Counted from the first letter of the stretch, positions 52,295 through 64,000 are shown. The stretch: 64,000 nt of DNA from Eledone cirrhosa (GCA_964016885.1 OZ024743.1:10726001-10790000), one strand, 5' to 3'. The notes: generated from the sequence alone by a model not told the origin. A program made the numbers and translations.

Positions 52295-53305
52295 GTCACT
52301 ATAGACTACCCAAGTAAACACCCCAACCATCGATTACCTGTACTAGACACAGAGCTCTGGTTAGATACCATTAACAACAAAAAACAAATCCTCCATTCCC
52401 ATTATGCCAAACCCATGACTTCCAAACATCTGATCTACCGAAACTCGGCCGTTTCGGACCATACCAAAATCAACATACTGATTGCGGATTTGGTACGGGT
52501 GATGAGAAATGTGTCCCGCATGTGCAACCCCGAAGAACTAGAGAGACACATACAACACTTCATCCACCGTATGCAGTTCTCTGGCTACAATCAGAGAGAT
52601 AAAATCAGAGTGTATAGAGGAGCCAGAACCAAATGGGAAAAAATGGTAAATAATGACATAAATGGGACCTGCCCCTTGTATAGGAGCAAATTTTGGAATA
52701 GAATAGAAAGAACTAGGAACAAGGCTAATAGAATAAACTCATGGTATGATAGCAATAAATACCAGAGTGTAATGTTCATCGATACAACCCCTAGAGGTGA
52801 ATTAGCTTACAAATTTAGAAGGGCCCTAAATAAACATAAACTCAATATTAAGATAGTAGAAAGACCAGGTACCTCCGTAAAAACACTTATTAGCAAGACA
52901 TACCCTTTTCAAAGACCCTCATGTATAGATAAGAAATGTATAACCTGTAAAATAAGCCCCCATATTAACTGTAAAACTAGAAATGTAGTGTATAGCATAA
53001 GATGTACTGAAGGACAATGTAGAAACAAAAATATAGTGTACATAGGTGAGACAGCTCGTAGTGTAGGGGAACGGATAAATGAACACTGGCGAGACCTTCA
53101 AGATAATAAAGAATCATCTGTACTCTACCAACATGCTAAAATAGAACACAAGGGTAAATTAGAGAACATAGAAATAAAAATAGAATCTACACACAGAAAA
53201 GACGCAATGTTTAGACAAATTACAGAGGCAATAAACATAAAAGAATTACAACCAAAATTAAATAGAAAATATGAGTGGAACAGCAACATCACAACTTACA
53301 ATTAA
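52295..53305 (+). CDS. Penelope-like ORF C-terminal part (RT thumb plus GIY-YIG endonuclease), frameshifted relative to the RT core at ~52018-52293
   Basis: The frame of ORF 52415-53305 extends upstream to 52295 (VTIDYPSKHPNHRLPVLDTELW...). GIY-YIG catalytic motifs are intact. Confidence 0.85.
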   Translation, partial: VTIDYPSKHPNHRLPVLDTELWLDTINNKKQILHSHYAKPMTSKHLIYRNSAVSDHTKINILIADLVRVMRNVSRMCNPEELERHIQHFIHRMQFSGYNQRDKIRVYRGARTKWEKMVNNDINGTCPLYRSKFWNRIERTRNKANRINSWYDSNKYQSVMFIDTTPRGELAYKFRRALNKHKLNIKIVERPGTSVKTLISKTYPFQRPSCIDKKCITCKISPHINCKTRNVVYSIRCTEGQCRNKNIVYIGETARSVGERINEHWRDLQDNKESSVLYQHAKIEHKGKLENIEIKIESTHRKDAMFRQITEAINIKELQPKLNRKYEWNSNITTYN

Positions 53306-53505
53306 GGACAAAATGAAAACACACACACACATAGAACAAACAACCAACCAGTAACATGTAAATAAACAAATAAATAAATGAACATAAACACACACAGACA
53401 CCCGGATGTGGCGCATGCGCAGACTGAGCACTCAACACACACACAGAAACAAAATGGCGTAGGACAGAACAAAGGAGAGGCACAGAAACAAAGAAAGGAA
53501 TCCCC

Positions 53506-53550
53506 AGTCACTGAAGAGGTCACAGAGTGTGTGACGAAAGAACTATGACT
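53506..53550 (+). ncRNA. Minimal type I hammerhead ribozyme in the Penelope 3' repeat (pLTR) region
   Basis: AGTCA-CTGAAGA(G)-GTCACA-gagtg-TGTGAC-GAAA-GAAC-TA-TGACT. Stem I is AGTCA/TGACT, the core is CUGANGA and GAAA, stem II has 6 bp, stem III is minimal and the cleavage triplet is CUA. Confidence 0.8.
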
Positions 53551-54432
53551 ATATATAAACAACTATCTGGTTGTGGAACCAACCAACCAGAAATTTATAA
53601 ATTTATAAATTTATTATAAATTTATTATAATAAATTGAAGTGGAAGCAACTGGTGCATGTGTTTCTTATTTGCAACATGACCCTCCCAAAGTATAACAAT
53701 ATATATATATATCTTAGTCTTAGATTCTTCCATGCCGTTCGGCGCATCAAGCAGTAGGTACTTGCCGACGGTCACGATCAGCAGCAACTTTTTCGAGACT
53801 GTGCCAGGTGATGTTGGCTGCCATCAGGTCCTTCTGGAACGTTCGTTGCCAGGTGATCCTTGGGCAACCCCGCCTCCGTTTACCACCAGGTGGAGTCCAG
53901 TTCATTGCTGTTTTCGAATGCCGTTCATTTGGCAGATGCAGAATATGGCCAGCCAGTCGGCACCGACGCTCCGTCACCACTCTCTGTAGCGTCCACGACT
54001 CGGCTCTCCTCGTTTCGCACTCGGTCGCGCCAGGACACGAAGGATCTTTCGCAGGCACCGCTGGTGGAAAGCGTTCAACCGTCTCTCTATTTTTACCGTA
54101 CTCTTCCAGGTCTCGCTCGCATAAAGCACTGTCGGCACCACGATGCTGTTGTACAGGTGGACCTTGGTCTTGGTGCTAATGTATGAAGACGATCAGACTG
54201 GGCACAGCCACTGGAAAACTGGCTCCTTTGCCGATCCGACAGTTGATGTTGAGCTCTGCATCGCCGCTGCTTGTCAGGATGCTGCCCAGATAGGTGAAGT
54301 GATCTACTTCCTCGAGGTGCTGTTGGTTGACTCTGATCACTGGAGCTGTGTTGCTGGCCGTTCTCATGACCTTGGTCTTTTTGATGTTGATTCTCAGGCC
54401 GATATTTTCCGCACTCTCTTGTAGGGATGTTG

Positions 54433-55320
54433 TTACAGATCTGCACTGTTTTCAGCGATCAAAGCGATGTCGTCGGCAAATGCCAGGTCCCTCAGCCTCG
54501 ACTGCCCTCTCCATGGGATTCCTCGGCCGGGTCCTTCATCCATTCGCCTTAGTATGAAATCGGCTGCCAGCAGGAACAACAGTGGAGAGAGAATGCAGCC
54601 CAGCCTGACTCCTGAGACAATGTCAAAGAACTCCGTCACACCGGACTCAGTCCGCACGCAGCAGCTGGTGTTTTCATACAGGGCCTTGAAAATGGTGATG
54701 AATCTTGCAGGAATGCCGTACAGTTGCGCAACATTCCACAGCGACTCCCAGTGTACACTGTCGAATGCCTTCTGGAAATCAATAAAATTGACCGCCAAGG
54801 GCTGTTGTATCTCAACGCATTGTTCGAGAATGTTGCATAGTGTAAAGATCTGTTCCGTGCAAGATCGATTTTTTCGAAAGCTGGCTTGTTCCTCCCGGAG
54901 CACAGAGTCGACAGCCTGCCGGAGTCGACGCAGCAGCACAGTGCAGAACGCCTTGCCTGGGACTGACAGCAATGTGATACCACGCCAGTTGCTGCAGTCT
55001 ACCAGGTTTCCCTTCTTCGGCAGTTTGACGATGACACTGTGCTGCCACTCAAAGGAACCAACCCCCCAACAGTGATTCATCAAGTCTGTCAACGCCGTTA
55101 TCGTGCTCTCCTCACCGAATTTGAGCAGCTCAGCAGAGATCTCATCCAGTCCGCCTGCTTTGCCGTTCCTCAAATGGCTAATCGCATCTCTCGTCTCTTG
55201 CTTGGTGATATGGTCCTCGCAGACTTTGAGTACCTCAGTGGTTGCTGGAGTCTCTGCGGTCAAGTCTATCAGGGCAACGGATTTGGTTGGTTCAGCGTCT
55301 CCCGGAAGTGCTCCATCCAT
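54433..55320 (-). pseudogene. RTE reverse transcriptase fragment
   Basis: ORF contains RT motifs through FADD. The reading frame is broken on both sides. Confidence 0.88.
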
Positions 55321-55670
55321 CTCTGCTCCTGTTCCACTCCAGTGGTCAATGTCTTGCCATTTTTGTCCTTCATCGGCATGTTGGCACCGCTCGACATTCC
55401 TGTCAACTCCCTCACGATGCGGAACAGTGCTTTTGTGTCGTTTCGACCAGCAGCTTCCTCTGCCTCAGCACTCTTTTTCTCCAGCCAGTCACGTTTTTCC
55501 CGCCGGCAGCTTTGCATTACCAGTCGGTCGATTTGGCGGTGTACAGCATCTCTTTTCTTTTGGTCTTCTCCCGATCTGGCAGAATCTCGCTCGACTTTTG
55601 CCTTTTTTCGTCTGTCAATCAGGTCCCATGTTGGTTCTTGGATCCATTTTTCCCTCCTCGTTCCTCGTCT

Positions 55671-56702
55671 TCAGCCAATAGTTTCTTGTGCTGCCTCAGT
55701 CACCGCTGTCGCGAACATCGTCCATTGATCTTCCAGATCTGCAGCCTCACTCAACTGCTGGAATCGGTTGTGTAGCACCAGTTGGTACAGTCGCGCTTGA
55801 CCAGAATACTTCAGCTTCTCCACTGCATATGGCTTTGGTCTTTCCTGTCGTGTCCGTTTCTTCGGGTGCAGCTGAAGTTCCGCACACAGTAGGTGGTGGT
55901 CTGAGCCCACGTCCGCACCTCGGTACACTCTGACGTCACATACCGAGGACCGCCAGCGCTGGTTTATGCAGATGTATTCGATCTCGTTTCGGCTTTTCTG
56001 GTCCAGAGACTTCCAAGTAGCCTTGTGAATCGCCTTGTGTTTGAAATAGGTGTTGCTAATGCACAAGCTGTTGATGGCACAAAACAGCTGCAGTCTCTCG
56101 CCGCTGTCCGTGGTGACTGCAGCAGAACTGAATGGCCCAGTGACCTGTTCCAGTCCCTGTCTGTTGCAGCCAATCTGAGCGTTGAAATCACCGATCAGTA
56201 GTTTGATGTCATGGCTGGGCAAGTTATTAAATGTGTCATGCAGCTCTTCGTAGAAGGTGTCCTTGTCGATAACGGTTGCATCATCAATCGGTACGTAGCC
56301 CTGAACAACAGTGATTTTTGCATGCCCACTTTGAAAACGGGAGGTTATGATGCGCTCGCTGACTAGCTCCCATCCGATCAATGCTCAAGTTGCTCAGGCG
56401 CTAAGCATAAGTCCAACGCCATGAACGTGCTTGTCTTGGTGTCCAGAGTAGAACAGAGTTGTGTCTCCGCTGCCACTCATCTTTCCGCTGTCAGTCCAGC
56501 ACATTTCGCTCACGCCCAGAATGTCCAGCTGATAGTGGTCGAACTTGCGAAGTAGCTGAGCCAGCTTTCCTGCCTGGTATAGTGTACACACGTTCCAAGT
56601 TCCAATTCGCATCTTTGTTTTAGTGCTCAGAATCCTGCTCACCGGAACCCCAATGTCCTCTCGGCTTTGGTTGAGGTCCGTCAAGAGTGGAGTCTTTCCC
56701 AC
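55671..56702 (-). pseudogene. RTE apurinic-like endonuclease, split near 56385
   Basis: ORFs 56394-56702 and 55671-56381 together cover the APE motifs from TWNV to SDH. Confidence 0.88.
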
Positions 56703-57059
56703 GCCTTCATCTTTACGCCGATCATTTTTTTTTTTTTTTTTTGCTTTTCTTGCTGTTTCTTTAGCGGTTAGAATTTTTACAGCAGTGCCGAGTTGCTAAC
56801 TCGAAGCCTGCCGCCTGTATTTGCCGATTCTTTGCCCACTGAGATTAGTGGTTGACACCCCTTCGCCCCGATGAGGTGTCCGGTGAGACCAGGGGACTCA
56901 TCAGGGGATATATATATATATATAGTGCAGGGAGGGTAGTAAGAGAGATCTCAATGCTGGAAAGAGTATTATATATATTGGTACACTACTTAAGGTATAA
57001 CAAGTACCTCAAAATGTTATCATATGAATTGCATGTTAAAAGGTATTTTAAAATAGTTT

Positions 57060-57099
57060 ATACACATACACACATACACATACGCACCCACACACACAG

Positions 57100-57138
<39 letters not shown>

Positions 57139-57146
57139 TACATACA
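57060..57146. repeat. (CA)n microsatellite
   Basis: Run seen directly. Confidence 0.95.
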
Positions 57147-58072
57147 ATCATATATTCATACAAAGGGCTTCTTCACAGTTTTTATCTACCAAATTCTAAC
57201 CACATGGTATTTGTCAATGCAAGGCTTAGTTCAAGTTGTAATTCAATCAATAGAATCATGGCAAACCTCATTGCCATGCCCGTACCTTAATCATAGACAT
57301 TCAAGTCCACTTTTGGTGTATATATCTTGGACTACTTTATCCAATGTGTCCTTTCCTTATTTAAGATTGTAGGATGTTAGTTATATAAGGAAAACTTAGT
57401 TCCTATTTTCAGCATTTTGAGCAAACATGTAACAGCATCCTACCCAATCTTTCCACTGCAATAATACCTACACTACTATAGTTCCATATTACAGTGGTTA
57501 TCAAACTCAATTCACAAAAAATCATTAATAGCTGGAATAGGTGAGAAGCACTCTAAGAAAGGCCAACATGTTGAGTAAGCAAATAAGGGAAAGTATACAG
57601 ATGTGGATCGTATATATATATATATATATATAGAGTTAGATCCTAATCTCATGAGAATAAGGCTTATTTCAGAAATCCTACACGTATATCAGATGATTTG
57701 CCATTGACAACATCAATAAAACTTTAAACTGTTTCTTGCAAAGACAGTGATTGATTCTCTTTTAAGGCAGTCTAGTCTCAGTAACAGACACCACTGATAC
57801 ATCAAGTGGACTGTTAAGTAAATAGGCAATAGCTCTTTTTTTTTCCTGCTGGTACCAATCTCACCTTTACAATTTGGCGCTGTTATTTTGTTGTTGCATT
57901 ATTCATCATCTCTTTCAGCTGTTAACTATAAATATTCTCCTGTACAATACAGGAAAAACATCTTCTGTATATATCGCCATGGACGCTGCCAATATCACAA
58001 CAGAAAAAGGAAAAATAATTTTCTTTTTTTTTTAAAGAATTGTATCGTCATTGTAATAGACAGCTGTCGTTG

Positions 58073-58080
58073 ATGTAATG

Positions 58081-58112
<32 letters not shown>

Positions 58113-58641
58113 GGTGTTAGTAGTAGTGGTGTGCCAGTGGTATTATTGGTATTAGTTGTTGTCGTGGTAGTGGTAGTGGTGGTGTATGTGAGGGATGAAG
58201 TTGGTGATGATGGTGTATAGGTGTGATGGTGGAAGTGATAGGGGTGATTGTAGTGATGGTAGCAGTAATGATGGCAGTAGTAATGATGGTGGTGTGGTGG
58301 TGGTTGGGAGGGTGTATTGGTGTTGATGGTGGTGATAGTGGGTATTGGTGTTGGAGGTGGTGGTGATGGTGTTAGTAGTAGTGGTGTGTCAGTGATATTA
58401 TTGGTATTAGTTGTTGTAGTAGTGGTGTATGTGAGGGATAAAGTTGGTGTTGATGGTGGTGATAGTGGGTATTGGTGTTGGAGGTGGTGGTGATGGTGTT
58501 GGTTGATGTTGGCATGTTTGGAGGTAGGTAATTCTGATAGCCATGGTGGTGGTGCTAATGGAGGGAAATTAGTTTTTGAAAACAAATTTGCATGTTAAAA
58601 TTCACATTCATCATAATCACTATTGCTATCCTCACCACCAC

Positions 58642-58686
<45 letters not shown>

Positions 58687-58937
58687 TTTCATTATTGTTG
58701 CCAGCATCACTGTAGTTAGTAACATTATTCTTATCATGATGATAAAGATGATAATCATCATTATCATTATCATCTTCATTATCATCATTGTCATCAGCAT
58801 CATTTTAGTCATCATCATCATCACCATCATCACGGTAGTCATTATTTTCATTGTTGTCCTCATCATCATCAATATAATCATCATCACTACCTTCATCTTC
58901 ACTGTCATAATTGCAAAAGTTTCAGTTTTCATCACTG

Positions 58938-58985
<48 letters not shown>

Positions 58986-59085
58986 GTATCATCAGTATCA
59001 TGATCGCTGTAGTCATTATCATCTTCATTGTCTCTTATAATAGTATTACCATTTCTACATTCATAACTACATTTGCCACCATCAA
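58073..59085. repeat. Low-complexity trinucleotide region: (GGT/GTT/GTA)n block followed by (CAT)n block
   Basis: Imperfect triplet runs. Source of the poly-Thr/His/Pro, poly-Met, poly-Ile and poly-Asp ORFs. Confidence 0.92.
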
Positions 59086-60009
59086 CATTCTGCCAAATAA
59101 CAAACCACATCTATAATTTTTTTTATATTAAACCACCTGAAATTACCTTTGATTTTATGATACAATGCTTTTGATATATATATTTATCTAAAACACTTTT
59201 CATTATAATTTTATGTAAGAACTTTTGTTAAGTTATATTTCTAACACAAACTTAATAAGGAAAAAGTTAGTGATATTAATAAATCTCTCCAGCTTCTTGA
59301 ATATTTTCAAACTGATTTGAAAATCATAGGCTATGTCTTCCAAGGAAGAATGGCCAAGTTGTTAATGTGTTGAGCTCATGACCATAAGGCTGTGGGTTTG
59401 AATGCCAGACAAGGCAGTGTATTGTGTTTTAGAGTAAGATGCTTAATTTCATGTTGTTCCAGTCTATTGACATAATGCAAGGGTTAATCCTGCAATGGAG
59501 TAGTGTCCAGTCCAGAGAAGGCCTTTTCATGATAGGACTGATTCCCTTACCACGAAACACCTGAGAAACCTCCTCCTCATCATCATTATTATCATTTTAT
59601 ACCTGCTTTCCATGATGACAAGGGTTTGACAGGTTACCTTAGACAAGAACAGTCACAGAACCTTGTCTTGGTCATATGTTCCATACTGTAGTGTGGCTTA
59701 TACAACTGGATGCTTTTCCTAATGCCAACCACTTTAGAGAGTGTACCACATACCTTTACCATGGTAGCAGCTCTACCATTTTACAGAGTGTACTGGATGC
59801 TTCTTTTATGGCACCACTACTTTACAGATTTTATTAGGCTCCAACAATGCTCATCCAGAATGAAGTGTCCTCTCAAACTCTATATTGTCTCCACTCAATT
59901 GCCAAGACTGCAGCCTAGAGCCTTTCACTACATTTACTTTCAATTTTAGTGTTGCAGTGCTTGTACTGGTGGATGAGTCTTCTGTATTATATTGAATGTC
60001 ACCGGTCAC

Positions 60010-60305
60010 CTGTATTATCTCTTTTAGGGGGTACAGTTTCTTAAGATTATTCTTTACAACTTCATCCCATATCTTCTTTGGTCTCCCTTTTCCACAGACT
60101 CCATCTACTTAAAGTGCTTGGCACTTTGTTATACAATTTTCACTTTATTTATGCATCCCATGACCATAACAGTGCAATCATCGTTCTTGCAGGCTACATA
60201 GAATTTCTCATATGTTCAGCTTTTTTTTCTCAGCTTGCTTGTGCTCTGTCATTTATGCACACTAATATTACACACCCAGCAAAGCATGCATGCTTCATTT
60301 CTTTT
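60010..60305 (-). mobile_element. Decayed RTE LINE 3' fragment
   Basis: The minus strand reads GAAATGAAGCATGCATGCTTTGCTGGGTGTGTAAT...TTGCACTGTTATGGTCAT, homologous to the 44050 fragment. Confidence 0.68.
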
Positions 60306-60411
60306 TCCTAAATTTTGCTTTTCATCTCCCTAAGATCAATAAATTACATATCTAACATTCAATTTACTATAGCAAAGAATTATGGGTTGTTCAAATGTTA
60401 AAAATAAACAA

Positions 60412-60600
60412 TAATTGTTTCTACTTTTGGCACAAGGCCAGCAATTATCCCAGTGTATTAATGGTGTTTTATTTTATCGACCCCATAGGATGAAAGGCAA
60501 AGTTAACCTCGGCGGTATTTGAACTCAGAATTTAAAGGGACATAGCTATGCCGCGAAGCAAGGTGTCCAACGCTCTACCAATTCTGCCAATCCACCACTC
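60412..60600 (-). mobile_element. tRNA-derived SINE
   Basis: Reverse complement of the family (TTTTATCGACCCCATAGGATGAAAGGCAAAGTTAACCTCGGCGG..TTGAACTCAGAA..TGCCAATCCACC). Confidence 0.88.
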
Positions 60601-61756
60601 TGACAATAATAACAATGATAAAATATATAAAATAATAAACCAAGAAACATAAGGCACCATACTGATGCAATCCATGCCAGCAGTAGAAGATTCAGCTGGA
60701 AAATTATGTTGATGATGCATCCTTCCTGTATCACATTTTGCCCTACAGTCATTGTATATAACACATTCCTGTACTACTTAGTGACTAACCTCTACCATAT
60801 TTTTGTGGCTAACTTACTCATCAGAGTGAGTATCTCTGGTGAACCTGCTGCTTTTCTAGCTTTTATGTACTTCATTGTGCTTGCTATCATACTTCTGTAA
60901 ATTTGGATGTCTGGTCCTTTTCTTGAGTCTACATGAGATAGGTTCTTACCCTCCTATGCATTCTCCTAATTTATCAACCATCTGTAATACATTACTGCTA
61001 TACCTCTTCCTTTTTGGTATCAGTTAAGTATGCTACTGTTATTCCATACCTATTTTCTTTAGTTTACTGCTTTGAAATTTGGAATACTTTATTTTTCTAA
61101 TCTTCCTACAGCAGAACATTAACAAACCTCTTTACTTTCTGCTTATACTCTTCTTAAGTAAACCTGGCTTCTAGCTTCTTTTCTAGCTACTTGGTATTAT
61201 TTCCTACAGTTCCTGCTATCCAGATTTCAAAGCCTGTTTTTAATTTTTATGGTCCACTCTACTCTACAGAAATGTTCTAACACCATTTCACTTTAGCATT
61301 TCGTTCGTACAGAAATCTTGCATAAAGCCCTCAATAAGATTTCTCATAGAGGCTTCCAGATATCCTCTGTTATATGACTCCAGTATCTCCTCCTCTTTGA
61401 AAAGGACTTCAACTAGTATGTCTCTAAACTTATGATTATTTATTGGCTCTTTAAGTTTCCATGTCCATCTTCTCCAAGTTCTCTTAAGTTTCTGTATGTA
61501 CATAGCTCTTGCTCTGAAGTCACTAATCCACTATCTGTGCTGGTTCATACATTCTCCACCAGAGAAATATAGAAATTCACAACCATCTGCCTATTTCTTT
61601 TGTTCCTAGGAATAAATTCTTATATATTATATACGTATGTAAGAGTGTGTATGTGTTTGTGTTTATGCATATATATATATATAAATGTGTGTTTGTGTGT
61701 GAGTGTGTTTACATAGCTATACAAAACCATATATAGATATATACACATTCTTAAAT

Positions 61757-62075
61757 AATCATCACCATCATCACTGTTTTTCCATGATTGCAAGGATTAG
61801 ACAAGTCCTCTCCAGTACAGCATCACTCTACTTGTTTCTTTCCTTTGTTATCTCCTTTATGGTGTGTAGTTCCTTGACATTAGCTTGCACCACATCTGTC
61901 CATGCCTTTCTTGGTCTTCTACAAAGACTTCTTTCCACTTGTAACACTTGGCACTTCTTTCTCCAGCAATCATTACCCATAAATGTTACATGACCGAACA
62001 AATGCAATCTTCTCTCCTGAATGCAACATCTGCGACATCTAATACCTAATACTCAGTCTTTCTCTCAGCTCATCT
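61757..62075 (-). mobile_element. Decayed RTE LINE 3' fragment with (GAT)n tail
   Basis: The minus strand reads GGAGAGAAGATTGCATTTGTTCGGTCATGT...GTAGAAGACCAAGAAAGGCATGG...GATGCTGTACTGGAGAGGAC, matching the 44050 fragment. Confidence 0.72.
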
Positions 62076-62779
62076 AGGCTTCATCATTCATGAATTCATG
62101 AACATTAACATTACATATCCAGTAAAGCAGGCTTTATTCTTTAGAAACTTAAATATATATATAAATGTATATGTTTGAGTGTGTGTGTGTGTGTGTATTG
62201 AAATATGTATGTCACACTCTCTCTCTCTATATATATATATACAAACACACACAAACAGATGCACACATACACACATACACTCACGCACCATGAACATGCA
62301 CACATGATATAATACTATTGAAATATCATATTGTACAAGTGCTAATTTGAATTTATCGCAAGAAAATATTATTCTTTCATTATGTCCACATCTGTTGAAG
62401 ACGTGTAAAGAGTGTTATTGTTTGACTACTGCTGCTATTTACTATTGAAAGCTGGTTTTCATAGAACTGAATAACTTAAGTAAGCAATACCAAGATATAC
62501 CAATTTGTTTTTACAAAGTCAGTATCTGCATTCTATGTAGACTAGATTTATACACTATATATACTTGCTGACAAACCAATAAGGATGAGTATATACAGAC
62601 GTTCAGCATGCTAGAAATAGCAGCTAAATATCCCTCAAGTCACACCCTACTGTCTTAAAAGGAGAAAGACATCAGATAATATGGTTCTAGTTGTTCTGTG
62701 TCTAAATAATTGACACGTGTAGTGTGCCTTGCAAACATATAACAAGACAGATTCATGTACTACTAAAATGAGTCTGATA

Positions 62780-63075
62780 TCAAGAGTGACTTCCAGATAT
62801 ATAACATCTTTGCCACACAATGCTTTTTTGTTTTCTGACCTTGCTTTCCAAACTTGAAGATATTTGAAATTTACAAAAACTTTTAGAGGCTGTCCAGTAT
62901 GTAATTTCATGATCACTGGGTCTGTATTATATAATTGTATAAGACCTGTTTTCTTAGTATTGATGAATAGAGCAGCTTTTTCAGCATCTTTCTCTTTTCT
63001 TGCTAGCAGTTCATGTGTCTTATGTATCTCTTCTGATAGTAAGGCATTATCATCATCATCATTTTTGCTATTAGT
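62780..63075 (-). mobile_element. Decayed LINE RT fragment (RTE-like)
   Basis: The minus strand translates to DDNALLSEEIHKTHELLARKEKDAEKAALFINTKKT, then GQPLKVFVNFKYL. This is the DDIAL...GL.IN..KT...FKYLG RT pattern. Confidence 0.68.
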
Positions 63076-64000
63076 GAGCTTGAAACATGAAATATATTTT
63101 ATATATATTTCTTATTATATAAACATACATATTCATATATTATACATTTCTATGCCATACCAAAATACCAATATATATGTATATAGAATATGTGCTAATT
63201 TGAATTTATCACAAGAACACATTATTCTTTAAACTGCATTAAAACATACTCAGTTATGTGAAATTTTTCTTTGTTCTCTCTTTTAATATACTTTTCATAT
63301 ACTGTTGCTATTGCTTTGTTGTTGTTATTGATTTGTAGTAGTTATAGTTGGCTTGTTTTGTTGTTGTTATTATTGTTGCTTTAACAGTATATAAGAATCT
63401 AAATTAGTTATTAAGTATTCATAAAAGAAGCACATTAAGCTCAATTCAGAGGAATAATTTGTTGTTGTTGATAATGGGATGATGATGTTGCCATTATTAT
63501 TACTTTTACTGTTGTTGTTTATGATCATTGAACTGCTTTGCACAATTATTATTCATGCCTTCTACTGGTCCCCATCTGACCACATTGGAGCATTTACTTT
63601 TTGTGAAAGGGACATATTTCAATGGTCAGGCAATCCATCTGTAGTCAACACCTGCTATGTGGAGAACTAGACATGCTGTGGTTGATGATACATAAACATG
63701 CACTGAGTCTATAACATCTCCAACTTTTCCTTAACAGTGAACAAGTGATTTGACAGTATTTGTCTTTCTTGTTCAATATGACAATATCTTGTCAGTGATG
63801 CTCAATTACTGTGTCAGTCTGAAAATCATAATCCCAAAATATCATTGCTTTGTCATCCTCCTGCATTACTTTACAAGGCACATGCTCATACCTATTCTCT
63901 ATTATTTTGTACTGGTATTTATGACATAACAGCTAATGAAGGTACAAACAGACTTTATCATGGTGGCACTTTGTATTTTTTTTTTTTTTTTGCACAAGGT

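Larger units (their letters stand above)
52005..53700 (+). mobile_element. 5'-truncated Penelope-like retroelement (RT plus C-terminal GIY-YIG endonuclease; Naiad/Neptune-like architecture)
   Basis: RT motifs YAQEEGAAIG...IANLFV and YSRYLDD, then PVLD and thumb region, a Cys cluster C-x4-C-x2-C-x7-C, and NVVY...YIGET.R....R..EH...EA..I....P.LN. One frameshift near 52294. Flanked by (TA)n; hammerhead in the 3' region. Confidence 0.93.
53712..56907 (-). mobile_element. Near full-length RTE-clade LINE (APE endonuclease plus RT), disrupted by frameshifts and stops
   Basis: APE motifs MRIGTWNV, GVSE, GDFNA and GSDH. RT motifs KKG..DC.NWRGITLLS, FIDFQKAFDSV, GV.LGC.LSPLLF, LAFADD and FTYLGS. C-terminal W.PPGGKRRRG.PR.TW. 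Short (CTAAGA)-type 3' tail; (TA)n on both flanks. Confidence 0.95.

Noticed and set aside
53732-55933. Multiple + strand ORFs up to 229 aa
   Set aside because: They are antisense shadows of the GC-rich RTE coding sequence.
56860-56905. Hammerhead ribozyme at CTGATGAGTCC...GGAC (minus strand)
   Set aside because: The required GAAA after stem II is missing, and CTGATGAG is sequestered by CTCATCGG.
57995-59116. Poly-Thr/Pro/His, poly-Met, poly-Ile and poly-Asp ORFs
   Set aside because: These are translations of trinucleotide microsatellites.

Overview
AT-rich metazoan genomic DNA made almost entirely of repeats. The SINE families, (TA)n/(CAT)n/(AAT)n microsatellites and RTE-type tails suggest a coleoid cephalopod such as Octopus (inference). 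Bases 1 to ~19,400 are one 37-bp tandem satellite of about 520 units with nested higher-order duplications. The rest holds two complete non-autonomous Helitrons with a shared 3' end, one of which has an empty-site paralogue inside this window. It also holds a non-autonomous hAT element (8-bp TSD) carrying a ~450-bp foldback made of two inverted tRNA-like arms, a 5'-truncated Penelope-like element (RT plus GIY-YIG) with a minimal hammerhead ribozyme, and a near full-length GC-rich RTE LINE joined tail-to-tail to it between (TA)n runs. Many tRNA-derived SINEs, LINE fragments and several long hairpins complete the picture. No host gene could be identified with confidence; one Lys-rich candidate exon is noted. 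There is no CRISPR array or prokaryotic system.
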